From assembly GCA_950097015.1 (NCBI GenBank), contig CATNEN010000007.1, positions 8,060,001 to 8,124,000 on the forward strand: a DNA stretch of 64,000 nt, written 5' to 3'. A program made the translations under genes and the position numbers. The notes beneath the pieces were generated by a model. The model ran no database searches and was not told the DNA's origin. It saw nothing but the letters and a program-made list of their open reading frames with translations. Numbering within the stretch: position 1 is the stretch's first letter; every line of letters starts with the position of its first letter. Positions 1-14,229 of this stretch are shown piece by piece. The DNA comes from Macrostomum hystrix. Taxonomy: Eukaryota; Animalia; Platyhelminthes.

Positions 1-392
1 ATTTACCTGTTGATAATCTAAATTTTACATGACTCGTTTCTAAGCAATTTCTAGATCCCAACAATGTCATGGCTTCTGTTACACACGAATTCCATTGGGT
101 AAAGGCCGCGATTTTAAAGTCAATGAGTCTGTGAATTTAGAATTATACTCGTATTTAGACGAAGATAAAAAAGCTGATAAAAATTGGTAGAAAAGACAAA
201 ACGAAGCTCCGTAGACAATGTGGCTTTCAGGAGATCATGTTTTAGGGCTATTAAAAAGTGAATTCAATATGACTGGTTGGTTTCCTGCACTCCATCAATT
301 AGAAGATAGAAAACAAGTGTATTTTGCTTTCTTGTCGATTGAGTACTAGAAGGTTAACGCTTTGCGAGCCTAAAATATAAAAATAAAAGGGC

Positions 393-1725
393 AATTCAAA
401 CTGACGGGATGACATTCAAACTGACGGGATGTCATTCAAGCTGACGGGATGACATTCAAACTGACGGGATGACATTCAAGCTGACGGGATGACATTCAAG
501 CTGACGGGATGTCATTCAAGCTGACGGGATGACATTCAAGCTGACGGGATGACATTCAAGCTGACGGGATGACATTCAAACTGACGGGATGACATTCAAG
601 CTGACGGGATGTCATTCAAGCTGACGGGATGACATTCAAGCTGACGGGATGTCATTCAAGCTGACGGGATGACATTCAAGCTGACGGGATGTCATTCAAG
701 CTGACAGGATGACATTCAAGCTGACGGGATGTCATTCAAGCTGACGGGATGACATTCAAGCTGACGGGATGACATTCAAGCTGACTGGATGTCATTCAAG
801 CTGACGGGATGTCATTCAAGCTGACGGGATGACATTCAAGCTGACGGGATGTCATTCAAGCTGACGGGATGACATTCAAGCTGACGGGATGACATTCAAG
901 CTGACGGGATGACATTCAAGCTGACGGGATGGCATTCAAGCTGATGGGATGACATTCAAGCTGATGAGATGACATTCAAGCTGACGGGATGACATTCAAG
1001 CTGACGGGATGACATTTAAGCTGATGGGATGACATTTAAGCTAATGGGATGACATTCAAGCTGACGGGATGACATTCAAGCTGACGGGATGACATTCAAG
1101 CTGACGGGATGACATTCAAGCTGATGGGATGACATTCAAGCTGACGGGATGTCATTCAAGCTGACGGGATGTCATTCAAGCTGACTGGATGTCATTCAAG
1201 CTGACGGGATGTCATTCAAGCTGACGGGATGACATTCAAGCTGACGGGATGACATTCAAGCTGACGGGATGACATTCAAGCTGACGGGATGACATTCAAG
1301 CTGACTGGATGTCATTCAAGCTGACGGGATGACATTCAAGCTGACGGGATGACATTCAAGCTGACGGGATGTCATTCAAGCTGACGGGATGACATTCAAG
1401 CTGACGGGATGACATTCAAGCTGACGGGATGACATTCAAGCTGACGGGATGTCATTCAAGCTGACGGGATGACATTCAAGCTGACGGGATGACATTCAAG
1501 CTGACTGGATGTCATTCAAGCTGACGGGATGACATTCAAGCTGACTGGATGTCATTCAAGCTGACGGGATGACATTCAAGCTGACGGGATGACATTCAAG
1601 CTGACGGGATGACATTCAAGCTGACGGGATGTCATTCAAGCTGACGGGATGACATTCAAGCTGACGGGATGACATTCAAGCTGACGGGATGACATTCAAG
1701 CTGACGGGATGACATTCAACATTCA
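393..1725. repeat. 20-bp minisatellite (ctgacgggatgacattcaag)n
   Basis: Direct tandem array of about 66 units. Confidence 0.97.
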
Positions 1726-1732
1726 ACATTCA

Positions 1733-2153
1733 ACAGCACACACAGCACACACAGCACACACAGCACACACACAGCGCGCACAGCACACACAGCGCCCACA
1801 GCACACACACAGCACACACACGGCACACACAGCACACACAGCACACACAGCACACACAGCACACACAGCACACGCAGCGCACACAGCACACACAGCACAC
1901 ACAGCACAGCACACACAGCACACGCAGCGCACACAGCACACACAGCACACACAGCACAGCACACACAGCACACACAGCACACACAGCACACACAGCACAC
2001 ACAGCACACACAGCACACACAGCGCACACAGCACACACAGCACACACAGCACACACAGCACACAGCACACACAGCACACACAGCACACACAGCACACACA
2101 GCACACACAGCACAGCACACACAGCACACACAGCACACACAGCACACACAGCA
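1733..2153. repeat. ~9-bp (cagcacaca)n simple repeat
   Basis: Abuts the 20-bp array. Confidence 0.95.
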
Positions 2154-4142
2154 TTCATACGCCAAGGTGTGTCGGGTCGGTGATGAAAGTGCAAAGGCTC
2201 GCACATCGCTTCAGTGCCATCTGCTCTGTCTGTGTTCGGCTCTGTCTGTCAAATTGGGAAAAGTTTGCTGACCTTTTTGCATTGTGAAAATCCGGTCACA
2301 ACTCGCAGCTGCTCCCTCTGTCTCAGAGTAGCTAAGTTGCGAATCCCTACGGTGGGAGACTTATCCCCAGAGCCCCCTGCTGATGCGGCTGATTTCAAAG
2401 AAATTTCTTTTTTGAAAAAAATTAAAATAGAGTTGCGGCTGCGGCTGCTTTAATTAAATTTAAGATTTTTCTACTCGCCACTCTCCCTAGCCCGGGTCGT
2501 GATTACCAAAGAAGACTTGCAAGATCATCGCTCAGACTCAATGAACTCAAGGCTGCCTTCCCCATATTCGACTAGGATAATAAATTATCGGCACTTGAGA
2601 GCTGAAGTACTTCTTGCCTGTAGAGGTAAGTTAGTTTTCGTTGCATGTACTCAAACTTATTTGCCAGCACCGGCTGAGCTAGAGATTTGGGTGTGTGATG
2701 GCCTCCTTTGTCCATGAACTGGGAACAGAGGTACGCACATCCTTTCGAAGCGACGCAAAATAGCTGCAGCGGTGCCACTGGCCGTGTTTTATTATTTTTT
2801 TAGCCCACTGATGAAACAGAATGAGCGAGACAAGAAGGCAAACTTTTAATTCTTACATTCACTTCCTTTGACAGTAGAAAGCAGACGTTATTAAAAATAG
2901 CCCACTACTTTGCGACAGCTCCCAAAGCAAATGACCGATTTTCCTGAAAGTCCGCCATATTGATCTAAATTTTCAAAGCCGTCCGACGTCAGCATCGTCG
3001 AGATATTCCGCGATTCTTGTCGACGAAGAACATTGCTCTGTATGTGGGTATACCCCCACAGTAGAACTGTTAACTGTTAACAGTAGAACTACCAAGGGGG
3101 ATTTTTTTGCTGCACCCGAACGGAACAATGCAAGCACATGAAACTCAAGAACACGGGCCAACTTTTTGTTGTGCATCTTCTGAAACAAGAAACAAGTCGC
3201 CAGCTCTTCAGACCGTCGAGATATTCAATGTTTCTGGCCAAGGTCCGATTTTTCCCATAAGAGCTAGTGTATTTCATACACCCCTATACACGAATTTGCA
3301 CTGCGCCTCAGTGCGGCCTTTCCAGACCTTCAAACTTTATCAGCATGTCACCCGAATGTGCTTGCATCATCTCCGTCTTTGGTGGTCACCGACCTTTACC
3401 TAGACGGACTGCGGGACCTTCAAATGCAAAAAATGTGGAAATAGGGCTCTCTGGACACCCTGACGCGAATTTCTAAAATTTCACTGCTGAAGCCTAAATA
3501 TTAGGCGCAGCTCAACCACAGTACACCATCGCCTAGTCTGTCAACCTATCAGTCACCACCCTACGCGGTTAGCTTTCAGGCGCTGCCAAAAAATGTTCTC
3601 AGGGGGGGGGGAATTCCCCCCCCTGGTATAAAAACGGGTGGCAAAATGGCTTGGTAGTCCTACTGTTAATTTATTTTTCTGCTTAGAGGGCTCAGTAAAA
3701 TGAAAAAATACGAAGGAACAAACGGGTAATTTCATACAAAAATCCGGATATCCTCATAGGATCCTAAATCTCGGGGAAGATTATGAAACAACATGCAGAT
3801 ATTTTAGTTTTTTCATGCATTGGGTCCGAGCCTTGCTCACGACACCGCGTGGAGAATAATGATTAAAAATAATGATGGCTACTGTAAGTAGTGTAATGAG
3901 GTTCCGACATGGTGCTAACCGGTTAGCACAGCAACACAGACTTCAGGGGGTTGAATGAAGTAGAACTTGAATTTCGCTGCTTTCGCAGAAAAAGGAATTG
4001 CTTGTAGAATGCCTAAAAACAAGAAAATTATATTCGATATATGCGTTATAATCTATATAACTTGCTCACTTATTTTTTTAATACGAGTCTGGAATTCCCT
4101 TTTTTATTTTTTCAGGGTCGATTCTCGATTGTCAGCGGCAGG

Positions 4143-7100
4143 TCAGAAGTAGGCGCTGTGGTCGCCAGCTACCGTCTTCAGCAGGTCGCAGTGGCTGGCT
4201 CGCAGGGCCGTGCTGTAGGCCACCTCCACCCACTTCACCTGCTCGTCGCAGTCGGGCTCGGCGAAGGCCTGGACAGTGCGCGGAGGGTCAGAATTTTCAG
4301 TAACGTCTGTCTATTGGATCTGAGGTCTATGGGATCTGAGGTCTATGGGATCTGAGGTCTATGGGATCTGAGGTCTATGGGATCTGAGGTCTATGGGATC
4401 TGAGGTCTATGGGATCTGAGGTCTATGGGATCTGAGGTCTATGGGATCTGAGGTCTATGGGATCTGAGGTCTATGGGATCTGAGGTCTATGGGATCTGAG
4501 GTCTATGGGATCTGAGGTCTATGGGATCTGAGGTCTATGGGATCTGAGGTCTATCCAGGTGTGATGGGATCTGAGGTCTATGGGATCTGAGGTGTGATGG
4601 GATCTGAGGTCTATCCAGGTGTGATGGGATCTGAGGTCTATCCAGGTGTGATGGGATCTGAGGTCTATCCAGGTGTGATGGGATCTGAGGTCTATCCAGG
4701 TGTGATAGGATCTGAGGTCTATCCAGGTCGATGGGATCTGAGGAACTTGTACTCTGAAATGTGCATTTGCACTTTTTAGCGACACTAACTGCTTGAGATC
4801 TAATTCTGTTAAAGGTTACAGGTCAAATATTTGACCTTTGTTCATTATGATTGTTGTTCGTTAAATCTCTGGCAGCTTTGGAATCGAATAGTAGCAAAAT
4901 ATACCTTTAGTAGGCCGTCCGTGAATTTCGAATCCTCCGGCTCGTGAATGTTTACAACCACAGCCTCAATCCAGGCATTGTCCGCGTTCAGGTGGTCGTC
5001 CAGGTAGCCTTTGAAGATCTGCCACGTGTCACGTGCCAGGTAGGAGCATTTTTAGGAGCGGTTAAAAAGAATCTCCAAAGCTCCAATAAGGAATCGATAA
5101 CTCACCTGGACTGCCTTGGCCTTCTGGAGGGCCTCGGCCTCCTGGCTAACCCGACGACGCTTGCCGATCGCCTTCAGCCTGCGCAGGATGAAGGTCTTGA
5201 CGAGGCGGGGCACGCAGTCTTGCAGGTCGCAGTCGGCCAGGTGATCAGTCAGGAACTGCGGGAATTGGGAGATGCGTGAGAGCGTTAATTTGCTGTGGGG
5301 CGAGAGCGGATTGGGTGGTGGGAGGTAAAAGACCGGATTCACCGGTGTGATTAGACACGGGGGCTGTTGTTAGGAGAGACGATGGGCTCATCGAAGAGAT
5401 GAGATGATAGCAGGGAATGGCAGGCTGATAGCAGGGAATGGCAGGCTGATAGCAGGGAATGGCAGGCTGATAGCAGGGAATGGCAGGCTGATAGCAGGGA
5501 ATGGCAGGCTGATAGCAGGGAATGGCAGGCTGATAGCAGGGAATGGCAGGCTGATAGCAGGGAATGGCAGGCTGATAGCAGGGAATGGCAGGCTGATAGC
5601 AGGGAATGGCAGGCTGATAGCAGGGAATGGCAGGCTGATAGCAGGGAATGGCAGGCTGATAGCAGGGAATGGCAGGCTGATAGCAGGGAATGGCAGGCTG
5701 ATAGCAGGGAATGGCAGGCTGATAGCAGGGAATGGCAGGCTGATAGCAGGGAATGGCAGGCTGATAGCAGGGAATGGCAGGCACGGCTCACCCACGGCAG
5801 GCAGAACTGCCTGTTCCTGAACAATGCCGCCGCCTGCAGAATCGGCTGGCCCAGCCGGCTGGCCACGGCGCCGGTGACGGTGCGGCTCCAGCGGGTGAGG
5901 ACAACCACAAGGGCGGCGTTGGGTCCCCAGCGGGGCAGCAGGCCCTTGCCCTGCAGGCCGGTGCGGCCCATCGGGTTGAGCGGAGCGCCGGAGCTGCCGT
6001 CCAGCCGGTAGCGGCCCAGGACGCTCTGCCGGCGAAGCCGCGCGTTGGCGTCGAACTGGTTGAAGGTGATCGACGGCAGCGCCCTGCGTTGCGGCGGAGA
6101 AGAAGGGCGGAGCGGAAGGCTTGTAGCCCAAGGATTAAAGTGTGTTTTACGGGTTCCCCAGTCCACGGACTGACCAGCTGTCCACGGCGCGCAATAGCTA
6201 AGGCTGTGCCGCTCTGGCTGTACATTATCCCAGTGTCATTTCTATTCAATCTTCGAGGAAAAAAAAGAATTTAAAGGAGTGCTGTGGCACTGGCGTTTAA
6301 TTTAGTGCCAGTAGACCCGCACCCAGAGAGATGCCGTTCTGTCCATTCCACTGACTCCTGAGCACACACGAACTCCTGACGCGAACACAGATACCGTACA
6401 CAGGCTCATATTCATACAGGGGTGTACACCTGCCCTGGTATTCTCATCGTCAGACAGTGTACACTCTCGTAAATTGTACAACAAGCCATCCAGCCTCAGA
6501 ATGGTGCGAGAAGCAAATGCTTTAAACCACTTTGCCACATACCCTCCCTATCATTGCTCTAACTGAAACATGTACGCAATTCTCCTAATTAAGGAAATCA
6601 TCGATCTAGAGTTGAATGCGGCAAGCAGCCAAGCACTCACACTGTGGGTAGGTCGTGGCACTCGGGGCTCGGGTACACCAGCGTCTCGTCCGATGCGTCG
6701 TAGGCGAAGTAGTCGGGGTACTCGACCTGCGGGCAGGGCAGAGTGGAAACAATTATGCTATTATTGATAATTGTCCATGCGCGTGATTGGTTGCCTTTTT
6801 TAGCTTGCCAAACTGGTGACGTCACCCACCTCCCAGTTGGCCTTGTCAGCTGGCACGTTCATTCGCATGCCCGGGTAGCGCTCGAAGTTGAACGGCGCGT
6901 AGCGCCACAGGCGGTGGTTCAGGAAGCCGAACTGCACCACGCGACCTGCGCCTGGCTCGGCCACCTCAGGACGCTGCGTCTCCAGGGCGCCACCATCGAC
7001 ATCATCGCCAGCGCCATCCGATGATGACGACTTTGTTGACGAGGTGGAGGATCGTCGCCTTCGGTGCTCCCGCCTCGGCTCGGCTGACGATCGGGCGGCG

Positions 7101-10100
7101 CGCATTCGCTCGACGGCAGACTCCGCCACAGCCCCCACCGACACGGGCGTCGCTCGCAGCGCTTCGGCCGCGGCGAGACGCGCCGCCTCCTGGAACCAGG
7201 GCGGCGGCTCCGCCTGGTTAAATATGCCGACCACGGCGGCCCGCACCCGCTCCTCCAGCTGCGGGTCCCGCGCCAAAATCGGCGGCTCTGCGGTGCGCTC
7301 GCTCAGCCGCAGCAGCAGCCGCTCCTGGGTGTCGCGCAGGTCGCGCGCAGTCGCCGCCAGGGCCGTCACCTGGGCGGTGAGATCGGCGACCTTCATCTCG
7401 ACATCCGAGCCCAGCTTGGACAACTGAGTGTCCACCGTTTTGAACTTCTTCTCGAGCTCCATGCCGATGCCGCTGGTGGCGTCAGTCATCTGCTTGGCCA
7501 TGTCCATTGCGCCCGGCATCAGCTGCTGCATGCCAGGGCCGCCCAGGCCGCCAGTGCGCACAATGATGGAGCGAGAGTCGCCACCTCTCATGCCCTTTTT
7601 GCCGTGCATCTCCTCGCCCTGGCGCAGGTAGTCCATAGCCTTCATGTGCTCCCATTTCACCAGCTCGCGTTCCTTCTTGGCGTTGCGCAGGTAGCTAATG
7701 CACAGCGGGTCCTTCCTGTCAGCGATCCGGCTGCAGCCGCAGCGCTTCATGGTGAACACGATGAGCTCGTAGATGTGCCAGAACACTATAAACGGCGGAG
7801 CCAGCGGCGAGCGCTCTAGGTACTCCTTGATCATGTTGTAGCGCTGATAGTTCCAGTGCTGCGCCGAGAACTGATGAATGGAATCGTAGGTGCTGGAGAA
7901 CATGGCGATCAATAGGTTGAACATGAGTATGTTAGTGAGCAGCACATAGATGCCCAGCATGATGGGCACCAGCCACCTGGCCGCCCAGTTCGGGCATTTT
8001 CCTTCCTTCTGGCAGTCATCGTCTGCGAATTGGAGAAAATTCTTGCCGCTTTGATTGCTAGACTAAGTTATACTCCAGGACGAAGTGAGATATTGGATGG
8101 GACACAGAAAAGGACACAGGACAAGACAGGACAGGACAGGACAGGACAGGGCAGGACAGGGCAGGACAGGACAGGACAGGGCAGGACAGGACAGGACAGG
8201 ACAGGACAGGACAGGACAGGGCAGGACAGGACAGGACAGGGCAGGACAGGACAGGGCAGGACAGGACAGGACAGGACAGGACAGGGCAGGACAGGACAGG
8301 ACAGGACAGGACAGGACAGGACAGGACAGGACAGGACAGGGCAGGACAGGACAGGACAGGACAGGACAGGGCAGGACAGGACAGGACAGGACAGGACAGG
8401 ACAGGACAGGGCAGGACAGGACAGGACAGGGCAGGACAGGACAGGACAGGACAGGACAGGACAGGACAGGACAGGACAGGACAGGACAGGACAGGACAGG
8501 ACAGGACAAAGGATAGGACATAGGAGAGAACACAGGATAGGACATATAAGGGAACATGGGACAGAACAGGACACAGGACGTGACACAAGACGGGACACAG
8601 GACATAGGACAGAACACAGGACACAGGACACAGGACACAAGACAGGTCACAGGACACAGGACACAGGACACAGGACACAGGACACAGGACACAGGACACA
8701 GGACACAGGACACAGGACACAGGACACAGGACACAGGACACAGGACACAGGACACAGGACACAGGACACAGGACACAGGACACTCACTCTTGGCCTGCAC
8801 AGTATCGAGCGCCATCTCGCCAAACATTTGAAACCAGGCCCTGGTTAAGAACTGGAGGAAGATCTGCGGCTGCGTGAGGTTCTCCGGCATAGTCTTGTTC
8901 AAGTCAGTGTTGGGCGTGTACATGCCGATGGGGTAGGCGATGGCCTGTGCGGCTACGCCGTAGCCCAAGATGAAGACCAGCAGGATGACCATGAACGGGA
9001 TGAGATCGTTAATGACCATTTTGCCAATCATGATGAGCTTCGGGCCCAGCGCGATGTGAAAGCTGAAGATGTACATGAGCCGAATATAGTAGGCGAACAA
9101 GCTGAATGCGTACATGATTCTGGCCACGACAAACAGCGTGTCCGTCAGAATGATGTTGTACTCCATTGTGCCTAGCATGATGGAAGACCTGCTCTCCTGG
9201 TGCATTGAGATCAGTCTCAGGATGAAGCCAATCAGAAACAGTCCTGCTGCTGTGCAGTCCAGCTTGTTCCAGCTGTCCGATATGTACGTCCTGAAGCTGT
9301 CCCCGGACAGCGTTGCCTGCGGGTTGCAGACAGTTGCGGCTGCTTATTTCCTGCGCTCTCCCTCCGCCTCCCTTCTCTCCACCTCTCTCTTCATCTCTCA
9401 CCCACCTCTCTCTCCACCTCCCTTCTCTCCACCTCCCTTCTCTCCACCTCTCTTCTCTCCACCTCTCTCTCCACCTCTCTTCTCTCCACCTCTCTTCTCT
9501 CCACCTCTCTCCATCTCTCTCCTCCTCACCTCTCTTCTCTCCACCTCTCTCCACCTCTCTTCTCTCCACCTCTCTTCTCTCCACCTCTCTCCACCTCTCT
9601 CCACCTCTCTCCACCTCTCTTCTCTCCACCTCTCTCTCCACCTCTCCCTCCACCTCTCTCTCTCCACCTCTCTTCTCTCCAACTCTCTTCTCTCGCCCTC
9701 TCTTCTCATCTCACAGTACTTCTGCCCTTTCTCTCACCATTCCCTCGGGCCATTTTTATTCCTAATTGAAATAGAGCCTGAGCTTTAGTATTGACAAAAT
9801 ATGAGCAATTTTCTATTTGTTCTCGTATTAACATAGAAGGTCTGCGAAACTTATCCTGTGATTTTATAAAAATTAAAGTGGAAATTTCAGACGATTTCCA
9901 TTTACGAAGTTTTTTTCTCTTTTTATCCAGATCCCACTGCTCAAAATGTCGCATGTGGACTAAAGAGTTTGAGTTGTAATTCAGTTTCTTCCGCTGTCTC
10001 GACTGCACTGTCCAATATACTGGCCAAACTCATTATCTGAAGCAGGGTTGAAATGAGGCATGGCTGCAGCCGCGCATTCAAATTGAACTGTCATTCTCCG

Positions 10101-13100
10101 CCAGGCTTCAATGCTCCAAATTATTATCGTATGAGGCAAAGTTCATTTTCCTAGAACTGGGCAAAGTCCACAAGACTAGGCAGACTAGAGCACCAAGCCT
10201 TCATGGCAAATTGTAAAAAACACAAGAGAACACGTGGATTTCAACAAATCCTGTGTCATTTTTTGAATCCCCCGGCAAAATTTGTTTCATTAAAATTCAT
10301 TTGTTTTAATTAAACAGGTAAACAGCAGGCGGTTTCCAATTGAACTTTGTTGCCAGATTAATTAAGTTTAAAACCATCGTTGAAACTCTCAGTGCGCTCA
10401 CTCGATGAATGAAAAAAATGATTTTTTACGAAAACTAGCAGCCAAGTTGCTGCTTCGAACCCCGAGATTCTAGTAATTTTTATGGATGAGCACGGCTTTT
10501 GAGACGCCTTTGAGTCGAGCCGCTGAGTACCTCGACATCCGAAGGGTCTTTTCTGCCACCCCTTAACCTCGAAGGTGATGCGAGACTCGGCATTAATTAC
10601 CAAGCAGGTGATTATTCCGCTGTTGATTGTCCATCGAGTGCTGCCGAAGGCTGAGACATAAATATCTTTGACCTTCCGCCGATTTGTGCGCCGAATTTTC
10701 CTGTGCACCGCCTAGATTATTCGATTCCTCAGCTGTTTCCCAGCCTGATCCTTAGATTCCTCAGCTGTTTCCCAGCCTGATCCTTAGATTCCTCGGCTGT
10801 TTCCCAGCCCGATCCTTCGATTTCTCGGCTGTTTCCCAGCCCGATCCTTCGATTTCTCGGCTGTTTCCCAGCCCGATCCTTCGATTCATGGGCTGTTTCC
10901 CAGCCTGATTCTTAAATTCCTCGGCTGTTTCTTAGCCCGATCCTTCGATTTCTCAGCTGTTTCCCAGCCCGATCCTTCGATTTCTCAGCTGTTTCCCAGC
11001 CTGATTATTAGATTCCTCAGCTGTTTCCCAGCCTGATTATTAGATTCCTCGGCTGTTTCCCAGCCTGATTATTAGATTCCTCGGCTGTTTCCCAGCCCGA
11101 TCCTTCGATTTCTCGGCTGTTTCCCAGCCTGATTCTTAGATTCCTCGGCTGTTTCCCAGCCCGATCCTTCGACTTCTCAGCTGTTTCTCAGCCTGATTCT
11201 TAGATTCCTCGGCTGTTTCCCAGCCTGATTATTAGATTCCTCAGCTGTTTCCCAGCCCGATCCTTCGATTTCTCGGCTGTTTCCCAGCCTGATTCTTAGA
11301 TTCCTCGGCTGTTTCCCAGCCTGATCCTTCGATTCCTCGGCTGTTTCCCAGCCTGATCCTTAGATTCCTCGGCTGTTTCCCAGCCCGATCCTTCGATTTC
11401 TCAGCTGTTTCTCAGCCTGATTCTTAGATTCCTCGGCTGTTTCCCAGCCTGATTATTCGATTCCTCGGCTGTTTTCCTCGGCTGTTTCCCAGCCTGATCC
11501 TCACATTTCCAGCAAACCATAAGCGCCTTGAGGCAGCTAAATCTCTGCTCACCTGTTTCACCTCTTCGAGCAGCAGGGAGATGATCCACACGACAACCAG
11601 GCACTCCAGCCAGTCGATTTGCAGCTCAAATTCAAACAGCAACAGGTAGCTGAACAGGAAGAGGAAGGTCACGAAGGAGAACTGAAACGGACGGATATTG
11701 GGATGGCGTCGTTTTAGGATTTTGATGATGTTTTGGCATCTCAGAATGGTATGGGATCTCAAAATGGATTGGATCTCAGAATGTGATGGGATCTCAGAAT
11801 GTGATGGGATCTCAGAATGGGATGGGATCTCAGAATGTGATGGGATCTCAGAATGGGATGGGATCTCAGAATGTGATGGGATCTCAGAATGTGATGGGAT
11901 CTCAGAATGGGATGGGATCTCAGAATGTGATGGGATCTCAGAATGGGATGGGATCTCAGAATGTTATGGGATCTCAGAATGGTATGGGATCTCAGAATGT
12001 TATGGGATCTCAAAATAGTATGGGATCTCAGAATGGGATGGGATCTCAGAATGTTATGGGATCTCAAAATAGTATGGGATCTCAGAATGGTATGGGATCT
12101 CAGAATGTTATGGGATCTCAAAATGGTATGGGATCTCAGAATGTTATGGGATCTCAGAATGTTATGGGATCTCAAAATGGTATGGGATCTCAGAATTGTT
12201 TTGGCATCTTGTGTTTTCGGTTGCTGGGACTTCATTACGCTGCAATCGCACCATCCAGTATGTGTAATTCTCCAGTGAGCTCATTGCTCACCGTATTGTA
12301 CACAAACCGGATCACCGGTGCCTGGTAGAAGCACTTCAGGTGTTTGCAGAGCTCAGAGCAGCTGAAGTTCCTTGACGCTTTGAGGCTGTGGTGGATAGGG
12401 AATTTAATTAATTAATTTGCGTGAATTAAAACTCAATAGCGCTAAAAGCCTGCTTAAAGCTAAAATAATTAATTAGCACTGCCCTGAAATAAAATGAATT
12501 TCCGCTTTAAAATGCACAGCATTACATTTTTTGCATATCCATTGTATTGAGCATTAGGCACTAAACTCGCTTAGTTTAGGATTAGGGATTAAATTCTAAA
12601 AACTCTATGAGGAAGATCATGATTGTGTTGAGAATATCCGAGCAGCATTGTTAGGGGCTAACAAAGTGTTCGTCGGCTCGTCCTCGTCGTATTGGTCCTC
12701 GTCCATCGCCGTCGCGGAGCCCAGGCCCTCCGCGGAGCCGGGCCGGCGGAGCTGCTTCGAGCTGGAGCTAAAATCGCCGGCAAATTTTCGTGAAATTTTT
12801 TTCTTTTGTTTTATTCAGAAAATCATACACTATTCTAAGCTACTGATTGGCAGTAGCATGATAGGAACATTTCCCGTTATATATCTCTCTTTCATTCTGA
12901 GACACTCGGTAGGATGCTGCCCAGAGCTTGGAGCTTTTAACTCCTAACTGAGAGGTCAGGAGTTCGAATCTAAACCCAATAAATCTGTGCCCTAATTTAT
13001 CTTTTTTATTTCCCTTTGATTCAGTTTATCCGTCTGTAAAAGTACCGGCATCAGCTGGGTGGGAAACTTGGATGTCCCCAGTCCAAAGACTGAATGGCTG

Positions 13101-14187
13101 TACCTCATACCTCTTTATTTTTCACCTTATATTAGAGGCCCATAGAGACTTCAATCATAACAATTTGCAGGAGGGCTGTGAGCACTGGCACATTCTTTGG
13201 TGATCCGCTGCCAGCGAGGTGGCAAGTCAGCTCTCCCATACCGCTGATCCCTGAGCAGACACTATCGGTATGCAGGCACAAACTCATACAGGTGTGCACA
13301 TCTGCCCTGACTCACAGCCTTGTTTTCAAAACAAGCCACCAAGCCGTCTCTCCAAATAAATGTGGCCTCGCCGCGTAATCCAGCTCAGAGACTTTGGTTT
13401 TAGAGGCAAACGCGTTAGACTGCTCTGCGACTCACGCCCACCGATAATTCAATACATCAGTTCATTAGTGGATACATTAGTTAATACATTAGTGGACTCG
13501 GAGTGAGGTCGGTATATCGGAGTGAGGTGGGTTCTGTAGGAGTGAGGTGGGTTGTATCGGAGTGAGGTGGGCGTATTGGAGTGAGGTGGGTTGTATCGAA
13601 GTGAGGTTGGCGTATAGGAGTGAGGTGGGTTGTATCGGAGTGAGGTGGGCGTATTGGAGTGAGGTGGGTTGTATCGGAGTGAGGTGGGTGCATTGAATGT
13701 GAGGTGGGTTGTATCGAAGTGAGGTGGGCGTATTGGAGTGAGGTGGGTTGTATCGGAGTGAGGTGGGCGTATTGAATGTGAGGTGGGTTGTATCGAAGTG
13801 AGGTGGGTTGTATCGAAGTGAGGTGGGCGTATTGGAGTGAGGTGGGTTGTATCGGAGTGAGGTGGGCGTATTGGAGTGAGGTGGGTTGCATCGGAGTGAG
13901 GTGGGCGTATTGAATGTGAGGTGGGTTGTATCGAAGTGAGGTGGGTGTATTGGAGTGAGTTAGGTTGTATCGGAGTGAGGTGGGTGTAACGGAGTGAGGT
14001 GGGCGTATTGCAGTAATCCAGTTCAGAGACTTCATCGTGAGAGGCAAACGCGTTAGACCGCTCTGCCACACAACCCCATCGATAATTTGACAAATCAGAT
14101 CCCTATTGTTAATGGAACTGAACTGACCTCTCCTGGCCTCCTCCGTGCGGCGACATCTCCAGAGCAACTTGGTCACTCTCAACAGCC

Positions 14188-14229
<42 letters not shown>

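Larger units (their letters stand above)
4143..6726 (-). other. NUDT9-homology (ADP-ribose pyrophosphatase-like) domain-coding exons of the TRPM gene
   Basis: VP..KANWEVEYPDY, FNQFD...RRQSVLGRY, GAPLNPMGRTGLQGKGLLPRWGPN, IFKGYLDDHLNADNAWIEAVVVNIH and LRASH match the order of NUDT9 motifs. Confidence 0.9.

Noticed and set aside
393-1725. CRISPR-like regular repeats (also the other arrays)
   Set aside because: Head-to-tail units without unique spacers; eukaryotic context; no cas genes.
2200-3740. Short ORFs and a G/C palindrome at ~3600-3625
   Set aside because: No recognisable domain, TIR or TSD; cannot be supported as a gene or element.
5351-5791. Repeat-extended TRPM C-terminus (ACHSLLS)n; likewise the (CPVLS)n extension at 8063-8787
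   Set aside because: Canonical GTGAG donors precede the repeats and downstream exons continue the conserved protein. Read-through would need intron retention, for which there is no evidence here.
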